DNA of 35,852 bases from a virus. Its lineage: Duplodnaviria > Caudoviricetes. The stretch lies in the IMG/VR virus record IMGVR_UViG_3300010382_000022, positions 1 through 35,852 of that record. The stretch is one strand, 5' to 3'. Position 1 is the stretch's first letter, and every line of letters begins with the position of its first letter. The notes beneath the pieces were generated by a model, which saw only the letters and a program-made list of their open reading frames with translations, had not been told where the DNA came from and ran no database searches. Position numbers and translations under genes: made by a program. Below are positions 18,178 to 27,652 of the stretch, in pieces.

Positions 18178-18630
18178 TCACCACCTTAATTTCCGGTACT
18201 CGTTCAGGACCGTTCGCCAGCCGAAGAAGTCGGCGCCCTCTGCGCCCAGGTTAAAGGTCGACGCCGATCCGGAAGCGCCGGAAGTGTTGGCGAAGGACGT
18301 CTGAACGTCCCCGCGCTTCACGGACGCGACCGGACCGACGGCCGCCTGGGTGTTCCCCAGGCCGGCGGCCTTGTAATAGCTGACGCACATAACGACCAGG
18401 ACCTTTTCAAGCGGCGCCGGAAGCGTGTCATGGTTGATATAGGACAGGATCATTTCTTCGGTCGTTTCGATCACGAACAGAAGAAGGTCGTCCTGGTCCG
18501 TTCCCGTGATCCCCAGAAGGGCCTTGACCTTTTCAAGCCTGTTGTATGTGGGCATCATAAGGACCCGAAGGACTTCGTTCTTTTCAAGGTCTGTCAAGCC
18601 TTCCAGGGAAGAAAGAATCTGTTCAAGCAC
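18178..18630 (-). CDS. Head-tail connector protein (HK97 gp6/SPP1 gp15-like)
   Basis: Contains LEKVKALLGI...QDDLL, VASVKRGD and LNEYRKLRW. Confidence 0.78.
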   Translation of the reverse strand: MLEQILSSLEGLTDLEKNEVLRVLMMPTYNRLEKVKALLGITGTDQDDLLLFVIETTEEMILSYINHDTLPAPLEKVLVVMCVSYYKAAGLGNTQAAVGPVASVKRGDVQTSFANTSGASGSASTFNLGAEGADFFGWRTVLNEYRKLRW

Positions 18631-18660
18631 GTTTCCACCACCTTTCGGCGGCTCCTGGGG

Positions 18661-18909
18661 TCATTCACGGACGGCCTGGATCAGTTCGACGATCTGGGCC
18701 TTCGTGGCGCCGTCAGGGACCGCGATTCCGGCTTCCTGGGCGACTTTCAGAAGGTCGTCCTTGTTCATCTTCACCAGGGACTTTTCGCCGCTCTCGCCGG
18801 CGCTCTGGCCGTCGTAGGCGTCAAAGTCTTCGCTTTTGTGAAGCTGTTCCAGGACCATTTCACTTCTGGGTTCCAGGATCACGCCGGTCTGTTTGTTCTT
18901 GAACTTCAT
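18661..18909 (-). CDS. Small head-associated protein with a C-terminal HeH/Rho-N-like motif
   Basis: Contains MNKDDLLKVAQEAGIAVPDGATKAQIVELI; directly follows the capsid gene. Confidence 0.65.
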   Translation of the reverse strand: MKFKNKQTGVILEPRSEMVLEQLHKSEDFDAYDGQSAGESGEKSLVKMNKDDLLKVAQEAGIAVPDGATKAQIVELIQAVRE

Positions 18910-18925
18910 GTCGCTTCCTCCTTCT

Positions 18926-19774
18926 TTAGCCCTGCTGGTCGGAATAGGTGAAGACCAGGTCAGGGGTCAGGACCTTCGTCCCGTAGTCGTAGAACATGGA
19001 CACGCCATAGTCATTCGACAGGGGAATCTTTTCGGGGTCCTTGTAGGGGTAAATGACGGCCGGCTGTGCGATCGCGCCTTCGATCATAATAGTCGCCTTC
19101 GCGCTTGCGGGAAGGAAGACACTGGAATAGGCGCGGACGCCGTGGAAGATCGAAAAGTCGTCAGCGGCGGTGTCGACATTGGCGTTATTGACGCCCTTGT
19201 CCAGATAGTTCCTGATCTTCCCGTAGAAGGAAGGGGACAGGACCAGCCGCATGATGTTGCGGGGAACGCCGCGAACATAATCGTTCTTCACGGTTTCAAG
19301 GGTCTGAATGAACGCTTCCAGGATTTCGTCGATCGCGGTTTCGGCCGTGGTGAACGCGGTCCCCTCGGCGAAGGCGGCGGCGAAGAAGGCGGTGTCGAAC
19401 TCGGCGGCCACGGTGTCGACGTGATTGTCGGCACGACGCGCCATAATGTTTCCGACGCCGAAGGTGTCCAGATCAAACTTCGCGGCTTCCTCGACGATCT
19501 CCTTATGGACGTTCAGGTTTACGGTCGTGGGCGGAATGGTCAGCGCGGTTCCCTTGCCGGCCGTTCTGGCGGTTCCGTAATCCTGGGACACGCTGTTCTT
19601 GAAACGCTTGTATTCGACGGAACCGCTGGCGGGGTTGCCGGTGTAGGACTGGGATTTCAGACCGGACGCCAAGGTTTCCTTCTGAATGTTGCCGATCACA
19701 AGGCCGGCCAGTTCGGCCAGGTCGACCTTCGTCGAACCGGACTGGATCAAGCTGATTGCTTTAGTTCTTGCCAT
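18926..19774 (-). CDS. Major capsid protein
   Basis: 282 aa, directly downstream of the scaffold gene, with C-terminal YDYGTKVLTPD. Confidence 0.8.
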   Translation of the reverse strand: MARTKAISLIQSGSTKVDLAELAGLVIGNIQKETLASGLKSQSYTGNPASGSVEYKRFKNSVSQDYGTARTAGKGTALTIPPTTVNLNVHKEIVEEAAKFDLDTFGVGNIMARRADNHVDTVAAEFDTAFFAAAFAEGTAFTTAETAIDEILEAFIQTLETVKNDYVRGVPRNIMRLVLSPSFYGKIRNYLDKGVNNANVDTAADDFSIFHGVRAYSSVFLPASAKATIMIEGAIAQPAVIYPYKDPEKIPLSNDYGVSMFYDYGTKVLTPDLVFTYSDQQG

Positions 19775-19809
19775 TGAAAATCATTCCTTTCAAAGTGTTT
19801 TGTAGGTGG

Positions 19810-20403
19810 TTAGATCACGACGGGGCCGTCTACCTTTGCGGCCGGCTCCTGTCGTGCGCCAGGGTCAGCGGGTTTCGCGCCCTTGATGTCGGGGTTCTTG
19901 TCCGGCTCCTGGGACTTGAACAGGTACGGCTTCGACTCCCGATAGGGTTTCAGAAGGCCGTCCAGGTCGGTTTTCAGGGCGCCGGTGTCGTCGACGTCGA
20001 TCTTTTCAAGGTCCAGAAGGGAAATGATGTCGGCCGGATCGTGGGCCTTGTCTGCCAGGGCCATTCGAAGGGCCGTGTTCTTCTGGATTCGCGCGATCTC
20101 TTTCTGGTGGTCAGTTCGAAGGGTTTCAAGCGTGGTCTGGGCGGTCTTGACGTCGTCCGCGATCTTCGCCGGATCACCAGTTCCACCGATCGCCTTCAAG
20201 GCTTCGGCGGCGGCTTTCAGGGCGTTTTCCGCGCTGGTCTTCCCGCTGTTCGCGCCGTTGTATTTGTCGGCGGGAACGAAGGAACCGTCGTTTCCGACGA
20301 CCAGGTCCACGTCCTTTCCGTCCTTGCCCTTGCCCTTCAAGGCTGTTTCGACCTGGTTCGCCAGGTCTTCCCCCAGAATGGTTTTAATGCTCTCTGTGAT
20401 CAT
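19810..20403 (-). CDS. Capsid scaffolding protein (GP20-like)
   Basis: Contains FVPADKYN, a charged helical core and SKPYLF; ATG at 20403 follows an AAAGGAG RBS. Confidence 0.8.
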   Translation of the reverse strand: MITESIKTILGEDLANQVETALKGKGKDGKDVDLVVGNDGSFVPADKYNGANSGKTSAENALKAAAEALKAIGGTGDPAKIADDVKTAQTTLETLRTDHQKEIARIQKNTALRMALADKAHDPADIISLLDLEKIDVDDTGALKTDLDGLLKPYRESKPYLFKSQEPDKNPDIKGAKPADPGARQEPAAKVDGPVVI

Positions 20404-20500
20404 GGTCTTTTCTCCTTTCGACCGCTGTTTTTTCCGTGACTTCCACACGCTTTGCGGTTCCTGCCTGGGCGCCGGACAGGTGCGGCTGTTTTCGGGTATG

Positions 20501-20523
20501 AAAAAACGCCCAGAAGGGCGTTT
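20501..20523 (-). terminator. Putative intrinsic terminator
   Basis: Hairpin aaacgccc-agaa-gggcgttt with a T6 run on the minus strand. Confidence 0.55.
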
Positions 20524-20529
20524 GATCAA

Positions 20530-20733
20530 CTAATATTGAACTGTGACGGTTCGTTCCTCCGATTCGCTCGACAGATACGGGCGAAGGGCCTTGACGATCT
20601 TGATCCGGTATTCATTCGGAACTCTGTCGTCCTCCGCCATGTCGGCGCATATCTGCATAAGATCACGCGCCGGCGAAATGTCCAGAAGCGAAACGGAAGC
20701 GGTTATCTTTGCCATGTTCGGCCCTCCGTTCAT
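20530..20733 (-). CDS. Small hypothetical protein
   Basis: The ATG overlaps the upstream stop; an alternative start near 20715 follows GGAGG. Confidence 0.5.
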   Translation of the reverse strand: MNGGPNMAKITASVSLLDISPARDLMQICADMAEDDRVPNEYRIKIVKALRPYLSSESEERTVTVQY

Positions 20734-21794
20734 TGTGATTTCAGTTGCTTTCGGCTGTTATCAGGTGAAGACGTATGTTTCACGCCTTGACGCTCGGCCC
20801 ATTCCGAATACGTCATGTTTCGGGGCATTTTCAGGCCGGAATTGTACCAGTCCAGGGCGTCGTCCGGATCATATTCGACCGTAGTCGAACGACAATTCGG
20901 GTGCATGGGCGGATAGTTGACGCCAGCCTGGGCGTCCTTTACCTTGAAGTGCTTCCCGTCCAGGTCAGCACAGATCGTGCTGGTCCTGCTGTCCAAGGTT
21001 GCGACGTATTCATATTCGTCCACGCCGGCGGCGCCATAGGCGGCCTTGTCCGCTTCGCTGTGGAAATGGGTCGTTTCCGTCCGGATCAGCCGTTCGGCGT
21101 TTTTATAGGACTGGCCCATTCGGGCCGACAGTTCCTTCGACATGGCCGCGACGCTCTTTCCTTGCATGACGCCTTGTGTGATCGTTTCCCGCACGTTGAA
21201 TAGAAGGACCTGTTTGTTCTGCCACAGCCTGTCGGAAAACATGGCGCCGGACCAGGGATAGGACAGGACGTCTTCGGCCACGCTTTCGTCCAGCTTCGCG
21301 AACTCATGGATAAAGCCGACGCGGGACTGAATGTCATAGACCTTCTTATAATAGCCTTCCTGGAAGGCGTCGCCGAACTCGGTCTTCATCTGGGCCACGC
21401 CCTTTTCGAACAGGTCGTTCAGGACAAGGTCGATCTGGCCCTGTAAGGCTTCCAGGCGCGAAATACGGCTGTTTATGGACAGGGCGTCCAGTTGTGCGGT
21501 TAGAAGGGCCTTGACGCGCGGGTCCGGCTCCTGGGCGATCCTGGCGACGTATTGGGCCAGGGTTGCCTTCCATTCCCTGAACTCGTTCCTGGTCAGAAGG
21601 CGGACGGCCTGGTCGTATGTCAGGCCATACTTGCCGGCATACTTCGAATAGAAGTCGTTGATCTGGCGCCGGATCGCTTTCGCGGCCGCGTCGTATTCCT
21701 GGAACATCTTCATCGACAGGCCGGCGCCGCGAAGATAGGCTTCGTTCTCACGCTGTAAGGCGCGCGCGGTCCAGTATTCCTTATTCCTGACCAT
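20730..21794 (-). CDS. Minor capsid/head morphogenesis protein (SPP1 gp7/Mu F-like)
   Basis: Contains AERLIRTE, ATLDSRTSTIC and PPMHPNCRST. Confidence 0.9.
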   Translation of the reverse strand: MVRNKEYWTARALQRENEAYLRGAGLSMKMFQEYDAAAKAIRRQINDFYSKYAGKYGLTYDQAVRLLTRNEFREWKATLAQYVARIAQEPDPRVKALLTAQLDALSINSRISRLEALQGQIDLVLNDLFEKGVAQMKTEFGDAFQEGYYKKVYDIQSRVGFIHEFAKLDESVAEDVLSYPWSGAMFSDRLWQNKQVLLFNVRETITQGVMQGKSVAAMSKELSARMGQSYKNAERLIRTETTHFHSEADKAAYGAAGVDEYEYVATLDSRTSTICADLDGKHFKVKDAQAGVNYPPMHPNCRSTTVEYDPDDALDWYNSGLKMPRNMTYSEWAERQGVKHTSSPDNSRKQLKSQ

Positions 21795-23298
21795 TTAGGC
21801 CACCACCCTTCCCAGGGGCGCCTTCCTGGCCTTCCTGGGCCGCCTGTGGGTCGTTGCCGGCTCCCAGGGATTCGTCGAACAGACCTTCGCCGAACTCGGC
21901 CATAGCTTCCTTCTTCTCGGCCTTGATCTGTTTCAGTTCTTCGTCGACGTCCTCGACCCAGGGGTGATTTTGAAGGATCGTTCGCTTCGACAAAATCCCG
22001 TCGCTGTTCCTGGCGTTGCTGATCACGTCGGTTTCATTGACAGGAAGGTCCATGTTGAAGACGATGTCGAAGTCTTCCTTCGTGAAGTCGCCCCGTCCGG
22101 TGATCTGGAAATAGACGTCAATGAACAGTTTCAGCCGGTGGAAGGTGTCTTTCAGTTCGGTCCCCAGGGAATCACAATCGGCGTCCAGGTCCATATAACG
22201 GAAGTTGATCGCCGTTCCGCTGGCGGTCCCCAGGTCAGGGTCCTTCGTGTCCACGGCGGCCGCGAAGTCGTAAATGTCGCGCCGCTCATTATCCAGGAAG
22301 GCCATGACCGCGTCGATGTTCAGGTCTGCCTGTAATTTATCGACGCCGCCGTCGGCCGACACTTTGATCGCCAGGTGTTCCTTCAAATCCTTCAAGAACT
22401 CGGCCAGGTCTGTTCCGCCGTAGTTTTTCAGGATATAGATGAACTTCGCCACGTCCCGAAGGACGTCGGCCGTTACGCTGTTTTGCCAGTTTATATCGTC
22501 GATCAGGTCCTTGATGAAATAGCAAAGGGGAAGTTCTTCTTCGTTGTATTTCAGCCAGGCGATCGGAACCTGATCCCAGTTGTAAGCCTTATTCCCGACG
22601 ACAAAGTGTGGTTCCGTCCAGTCGTTCGATTCGTTGCCGTGATCCTTGTCGACGCGAAAGTCGCCGGCGCCGGTTCCGGCGAAGGCGTCGGTCTTGAAAT
22701 ACTTGACGCCGCCGGTCCACCATAGTTCGGCGTGGGTGATCGTGTGCTTCCTGATCCCGATATAGATAATCTGGTCATAGAAGCGAATGAAGGCGTCCAG
22801 CTTCGTTCGCTCTGAATCCCTCCACAGCGGGACGACCTCTGTCGACGGGATTCGCATGAAGGCCAGTTTCCCATCGTCGTCAAAGAAAGGCTGAATCCAG
22901 GCGATCCCAGACTTGACAGCGCCTTTCCCCAGGGACTTGATCTTCCGGCGGAAGGTCTGGTCGAAGACGTCGCCCAGGGCGGCGCCGTAGGTTTCGCTTT
23001 TGGTGTCCACGGTCCAGGGCTTCGACAGAAGATAGTTCGCCTTCTGATCTACCAGCTTTTTCAGGATCGGACGTTCGATCCTGGCGTTCGATCGGTTGGC
23101 GACGTCGTTCGTCTTCTCCTGGACGGAAGACCTGTTCCTGTAATATGTTTCGGCTTCCAGCATGATCTTGTACTGCTCGGACGCCTTGAACTCGCGTATT
23201 TCTTCGCTGACGATCTGGGCCAGCGACATAGTCGCCTTTTCAGGATCGGACAGGATCATGTTGATCCGATCCATGACGGACAGTTCCATTCTTTCCAC
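21781..23298 (-). CDS. Portal protein (SPP1-like)
   Basis: 505 aa, follows the terminase; contains LVDQKANYL, SGTAINF and LSKRTIL...PWVED. Confidence 0.9.
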   Translation of the reverse strand: MERMELSVMDRINMILSDPEKATMSLAQIVSEEIREFKASEQYKIMLEAETYYRNRSSVQEKTNDVANRSNARIERPILKKLVDQKANYLLSKPWTVDTKSETYGAALGDVFDQTFRRKIKSLGKGAVKSGIAWIQPFFDDDGKLAFMRIPSTEVVPLWRDSERTKLDAFIRFYDQIIYIGIRKHTITHAELWWTGGVKYFKTDAFAGTGAGDFRVDKDHGNESNDWTEPHFVVGNKAYNWDQVPIAWLKYNEEELPLCYFIKDLIDDINWQNSVTADVLRDVAKFIYILKNYGGTDLAEFLKDLKEHLAIKVSADGGVDKLQADLNIDAVMAFLDNERRDIYDFAAAVDTKDPDLGTASGTAINFRYMDLDADCDSLGTELKDTFHRLKLFIDVYFQITGRGDFTKEDFDIVFNMDLPVNETDVISNARNSDGILSKRTILQNHPWVEDVDEELKQIKAEKKEAMAEFGEGLFDESLGAGNDPQAAQEGQEGAPGKGGGLNGQE

Positions 23299-23299
23299 C

Positions 23300-24571
23300 T
23301 CACTTCAAAACTTCGATAGCCGAACCGCGTCGCGGACGCTCCACGCCATAGCGAAGGGCCGCCATAGCGTCGTCCATGAACTCGACGGGTTCGTCGATGT
23401 AAAGACCCGTGGTCGGGTCCTTTTTCCATTTCCATTGTTGGGCTTCCTTCAAGGTGTTCACGCATGAAGGGTGTATATGGATTTTCCGGCCTTTCAGGAA
23501 GTCGATCTGGGCCTTCACGCTTCCAGGCTCCTTCTTCACGGGCTGGGCGCGGAAGCCGGCTTTCTGCCAGGTCTTGATCCTGTCAGGCTCGGCTGAATCG
23601 CAGAACATTTCGACGCGCGGGTCGACATTCGCCTTTCGGGCCAGGGTGATGATTTCTTCCGTGTCCTTTTCGAAGACGTATACTTCGGAACAGACATAGA
23701 TTTCGCCGTCCTTCCAGCCGATCCCCAGAATGGCGTCGGCATGGTTGAAACCGAAGTCCTGGCCGTAATAGAAGCTGTCGAAGAAGTCGCGGCCCGTCGG
23801 GAAGTCATGGACTTCGAACTTCGTCAGGATCAGGCCGCCCAGTTCGCCCCATTCGCCCAGGCCATAGACCCGATAGCCTTCGGGGTCCTCTATGGCGCGG
23901 CGCTCCATGCGCCGGTAATAGGCGGCGTCGATGAAGCGGTTATCCTTGTATGTGGAATGGTGCGTCAGGACGTCAGGATCGGCCTTGTCGAAATAGCGTC
24001 CCTTGATCCAATGTGTCGCCGAAACGGGGTTGAAGGTCATGGTGATCTGATAGAACAGATTCGCGTTCAGATCGTCCAGGTTTCCACGAAGACGGTCGTC
24101 CAGAATGTCGACGTCCTCCGAAAGAAGTTCCGTCGCTTCTTCACACCATATCCAGGCCAGTTTCCCGTTTTTGAAGGTGATCGACTTCACCTTCTCACGC
24201 TGACGCTGATCCTTCACGCCGCGAAAGATGATCCGGTTCCCCGTGGTCAGACATTCCAGGGCCAGCGGATTCAGGTTGACCTTCCAGAAGCGGTCGGAAT
24301 AGGGGCCGAACATTCGGTATATGGCCGCCTGTAACTCGGCGAAGGTGCTGTCGCGGTTGGTTTCCTCGATCTTCCGGACGACTAAAAGGTTCGCGCCGGT
24401 GTATCTGGGATCAGACAGTTTCGCGATATAATCCTGGGCGACATTCACTGACTTTCCGGAACCGGCTGATCCTTTTAGAACCCTGTACCGGCCGCGCCAC
24501 TCATTGACAGGGCGGAATATAGGGTTGAACTGGGCCGCCGTCCGGAACTCAACTGTCGTCGCCATAGTCAT
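23300..24571 (-). CDS. Terminase large subunit (PBSX family)
   Basis: Walker A KGSAGSGKS, Walker B WCEEATE, TFNP, GQDFGF and DDAMAALRY. Confidence 0.95.
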   Translation of the reverse strand: MTMATTVEFRTAAQFNPIFRPVNEWRGRYRVLKGSAGSGKSVNVAQDYIAKLSDPRYTGANLLVVRKIEETNRDSTFAELQAAIYRMFGPYSDRFWKVNLNPLALECLTTGNRIIFRGVKDQRQREKVKSITFKNGKLAWIWCEEATELLSEDVDILDDRLRGNLDDLNANLFYQITMTFNPVSATHWIKGRYFDKADPDVLTHHSTYKDNRFIDAAYYRRMERRAIEDPEGYRVYGLGEWGELGGLILTKFEVHDFPTGRDFFDSFYYGQDFGFNHADAILGIGWKDGEIYVCSEVYVFEKDTEEIITLARKANVDPRVEMFCDSAEPDRIKTWQKAGFRAQPVKKEPGSVKAQIDFLKGRKIHIHPSCVNTLKEAQQWKWKKDPTTGLYIDEPVEFMDDAMAALRYGVERPRRGSAIEVLK

Positions 24572-25049
24572 AGTTGATCACCACGGCAACAGGGACGTTC
24601 CCGTCTGGGTTATCCTTGAACATTCCCAGGTGCTTTCCGCACAGTTCCAGGGCTTTCAGCTTATCGGCCAGGCGAACTTCACGTTCGACGCCGTCGCCGT
24701 CCTCGCCAGGAATGGTCTTCACCTTCACCGAAGCGATCGCGGCCGTGTCGTCACGGTCGGCTTCGGACAGGATCGTCGCGTCGTTCATGTTGATCACGTC
24801 GATCGCGTTCACGAAGGCGATCTTCCCCAGTTCCCGAAGGACCCTGTCGGCATTTATGCCGGTGCGCTTCGATCGCTCGGCCATAGCCTTTTCTATGCGC
24901 GCGCGGATTTCAGGTTTTTTCAATAATTCACTTCCGATACTTCCGGCGGATTCCACGGAATAGCCGGCTCGGATCGCGGCCTGGGTTGCGTTCAGGTCGA
25001 TCAAATATTCTTCACAGAAGACTTCGTTCTTCTTCGTCAGTTTCGCCAC
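24549..25049 (-). CDS. Terminase small subunit
   Basis: Contains FCEEYLIDLNATQAAIRAGYS and DKLKALELCGKHLGMF. Confidence 0.93.
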   Translation of the reverse strand: MAKLTKKNEVFCEEYLIDLNATQAAIRAGYSVESAGSIGSELLKKPEIRARIEKAMAERSKRTGINADRVLRELGKIAFVNAIDVINMNDATILSEADRDDTAAIASVKVKTIPGEDGDGVEREVRLADKLKALELCGKHLGMFKDNPDGNVPVAVVINYDYGDDS

Positions 25050-25178
25050 GATTCATCACCGTCCTTTCATGGCTTCGTGGTCGTATCAGGACAACAGAAA
25101 AGGAACGCCAGTGAAGGCGTCCCTTTCTGCGTCCCTATGAAAAAGGAGGTCGGGAACTGGGCAAAGTTCCCATGTACC

Positions 25179-25258
25179 ATATTAGAACATAATAGATTAG
25201 CTGGAAAGTGCATATATATGCAATCATACGCGTTCATGTGCAATCATTTGCAAAAAGA
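25179..25258 (-). promoter_or_regulatory. Putative activator-dependent late promoter with 10-bp-periodic repeats
   Basis: TGCATATATA TGCAATCATA CGCGTTCATG TGCAATCATT TGCAAAAAGA (25209-25258) lies upstream of a TAATAT -10-like box (25179-25184, minus strand), between the activator and terS. Confidence 0.55.
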
Positions 25259-25273
25259 ATATCCGCCAGCGGA

Positions 25274-25780
25274 TCACCTGACTTCGCCATACTGACGGAT
25301 AATTCTTCGGGTCAGCTTTTCGACAGCCGTCTTCCTCTGGCGGGACACGGTCGAAACGTCCACTTCCAGGATTTCGGCGGCCTGTTCATAGGTGCGGCGC
25401 GGATAGTATAGCGTGAGAAGGACACATTTCGATTTCGCGTCCATGCACAGGACGTTTTCGTGGACGCTCTCGATCTGGCGCTGTCGTTCTTCCAGGGTGT
25501 CGATCGCTCTTTTCGTCCTGGCGGTCCGGCGCTCTATGGCGGCGGCCATTTTCACCATGACGCCGTCGGGATCAGGTGAAGACTGGACGCGGGGCGTGTC
25601 GTAGCTGACGCCGCGCGGGTAGGCTCTGGACCTGATTTCTTCCAGGTCCCTTTCCAGGGCGGCGCGTTCGGCTTCGATCTGCGCTTCGATCGTCCGGATT
25701 TCCTGGTCATGGTTCTTCAAAATATCATAGACGCGACGGGTCGTCTGCTCTGTGCGGTTTGTCCGCTCTCTGGCGTCCAT
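25274..25780 (-). CDS. Late transcriptional activator (ArpU/RinA-like, C-terminal HTH)
   Basis: Contains TYEQAAEILEVDVSTVSRQRKTAV; it is the last gene before terS. Confidence 0.75.
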   Translation of the reverse strand: MDARERTNRTEQTTRRVYDILKNHDQEIRTIEAQIEAERAALERDLEEIRSRAYPRGVSYDTPRVQSSPDPDGVMVKMAAAIERRTARTKRAIDTLEERQRQIESVHENVLCMDAKSKCVLLTLYYPRRTYEQAAEILEVDVSTVSRQRKTAVEKLTRRIIRQYGEVR

Positions 25781-25810
25781 TGTCGCTCACCCCCTTTCAT
25801 GGCTTCCTGG

Positions 25811-26221
25811 TCAGAAGGGAAGATCGCCGGCGTCTTCGTCCGTGATGTCTTCAAAGCCTTCCTGGGCCATGTAGTCGGCGGCCATGCTTCCGGCCGGTCG
25901 GTCCTCCGGCGCCTGTTTGGAGTCTGCGAACTCGACTTCGTCGGCCACGACTTCGAACTTCGTCCGTTTGTTTCCTTCCTTGTCGGTGTACGGCTCTATC
26001 CTGATCCGGCCGGCGGCTATGATCACGCGCTGACCCTTCCTGAAATGCTTCGCCACGAACTCGGCGGTCTTCCGCCAGGCCGTGATCGGAATGAAGTCGG
26101 CTTCTTCGCGGTTGAACTTCCGGTCGACGGCAAGGGAGAAGGACGCGACAGGGGTTCCGGACTGGGTATGTCTTAATTCCGGATCGCGCGTCAGGCGGCC
26201 GGTCAGCTTAACGTCGTTCAT
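25811..26221 (-). CDS. ssb: Single-stranded DNA-binding protein
   Basis: Contains LTGRLTRDPELRHT and ADFIPITAW, with the acidic C-terminus DLPF. Confidence 0.95.
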   Translation of the reverse strand: MNDVKLTGRLTRDPELRHTQSGTPVASFSLAVDRKFNREEADFIPITAWRKTAEFVAKHFRKGQRVIIAAGRIRIEPYTDKEGNKRTKFEVVADEVEFADSKQAPEDRPAGSMAADYMAQEGFEDITDEDAGDLPF

Positions 26222-26499
26222 ACAGCGTCACCTTCTTTCCATCGTTGCGCGAACTTCGTGATCCTGTACTGTTCGCCCCAGGGGTCCTTCTTCAAGGCGC
26301 GGCCCCAGCGGAACAGGGCGATCCCGATTTTCGCTGATTCCCATAGGCTGATCTTCCCGTTTTTCTTCGCCATTCTGAAAACGAATGATTTCCCATGATA
26401 GCGAAGGCAAACGAATGTTACCAGACAGGGGACAGCCTGGTCTTCCGGAAGGTCCAGAAGGCCAGACCACTTCTTCGTGGCTTCTGTCCACCTATTCAT
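26218..26499 (-). CDS. Hypothetical protein
   Basis: ATG at 26499 overlaps the stop of the MazF-like gene, and its own stop overlaps the ssb start. Confidence 0.55.
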   Translation of the reverse strand: MNRWTEATKKWSGLLDLPEDQAVPCLVTFVCLRYHGKSFVFRMAKKNGKISLWESAKIGIALFRWGRALKKDPWGEQYRITKFAQRWKEGDAV

Positions 26500-27077
26500 A
26501 CGGCCACCCCTTCCAGGGCCGCCTTCATGTCTTTGATTTCGTCGACGATCCCGCCGGTTCCGGCGCCGACATTTCGGGTCAGACAGACGTTCTTCCCATC
26601 GGTGACGGTTATGTTCACCTGGCCCAGCACAGGAAGGGGACAAACGGCCACGGACAGGCCGGTTTTGGTCAGGCGGCGGAATATATCGTCCGGATCGTTC
26701 GGCGGCTCCTGTGGGCCGTCCTGGGCGTCCTGGTGTGGGTTCATGCCGAAGGACACGGCCAGACATTCGTCCAGCTTCCGAAGTTCGTCGTCGTTCAGCG
26801 AATACACCTTTTCCAGAAGGCGGCATTTGTCGACGGTTCTGACCTGTTCACACAGGACGCGGGACACGGGCCGGCCAGGAAGGGGAATGTCAAACTGCAT
26901 AGGGTACAGGCGGCGCGTGGTGTTGGTGGTCATATTGGCGACGATCACCGTCGGGGCGCTGGCGTTGCCGGCGTCGTTCTGGACGACCACGACCGGCCGC
27001 GTCTTCCGTTCTTCACTTCCGACGGCTTCGGGGCTTCCCTGGCAAAAATAGACGTCGCCGCGTTTTATAGTGTTCAT
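26496..27077 (-). CDS. PemK/MazF-family endoribonuclease-like protein with C-terminal extension
   Basis: Contains IKRGDVY...GSEERKTRPVVVVQND...TVIVA and CEQVRTVDKCRL; ATG at 27077 follows a GGAGG RBS. Confidence 0.85.
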   Translation of the reverse strand: MNTIKRGDVYFCQGSPEAVGSEERKTRPVVVVQNDAGNASAPTVIVANMTTNTTRRLYPMQFDIPLPGRPVSRVLCEQVRTVDKCRLLEKVYSLNDDELRKLDECLAVSFGMNPHQDAQDGPQEPPNDPDDIFRRLTKTGLSVAVCPLPVLGQVNITVTDGKNVCLTRNVGAGTGGIVDEIKDMKAALEGVAV

Positions 27078-27252
27078 GTGTTTTCCCTCCGATCTTTGCT
27101 GTTCTATTGTCATACTCCGGACACGGGAAGGGTTCGCTGGCGTGGCACTTCTCGCAACAGTCCGGACAGGTTTCAAGGCCCTTTCGCTGGTATGGACAGG
27201 CGACCGGCTCCTTCACCTGGCGGCCGCATACGGAACAGGTCTTCATTGTCAT
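27013..27252 (-). CDS. Small Cys-rich (Zn-finger-like) protein
   Basis: CxxC clusters (CSVC, CPDCCEKC); GGAGG RBS. Confidence 0.5.
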   Translation of the reverse strand: MTMKTCSVCGRQVKEPVACPYQRKGLETCPDCCEKCHASEPFPCPEYDNRTAKIGGKTHEHYKTRRRLFLPGKPRSRRK

Positions 27253-27264
27253 TCCTCCCAGGTA

Positions 27265-27639
27265 TCAAAATAAAAGTAATTGTTCGTCATATCGACCTTT
27301 CCCGTTTTGGCAAGGCTCGGCGCCTTCCTTTTTATAGAACGGCCACCCCTCGCACAAGAAGGACCCGTCGTCCATCCGTCCGTGACACAGCGAACAGTTG
27401 ATACAGCTTTCCGGCCTGGTCCACGTCCGTTCCTTGAAGGCTCCACACGCGGGGGTGTTGTCGTATATCCGGATTCTTTTGTGCCATGCGTCTTTGTCAT
27501 AGGTACAGGCGGCGCCCTTTGTGATGTCGAAGCCGATGAAAGGCTGGCGGAAGAATCTTGTCCCTGGAACTGGTTCCCACGGTCCCAGAATGATTTCCTG
27601 ATAGTTGCCGAAGAACTCACAGTCTGAACAGGTCTTCAC
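27265..27639 (-). CDS. Cys-rich hypothetical protein
   Basis: Contains CSDC and CINC, ends in EQLLLF; GAAAGGTG RBS. Confidence 0.55.
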   Translation of the reverse strand: MKTCSDCEFFGNYQEIILGPWEPVPGTRFFRQPFIGFDITKGAACTYDKDAWHKRIRIYDNTPACGAFKERTWTRPESCINCSLCHGRMDDGSFLCEGWPFYKKEGAEPCQNGKGRYDEQLLLF

Positions 27640-27652
27640 GGTTCATCACCTT

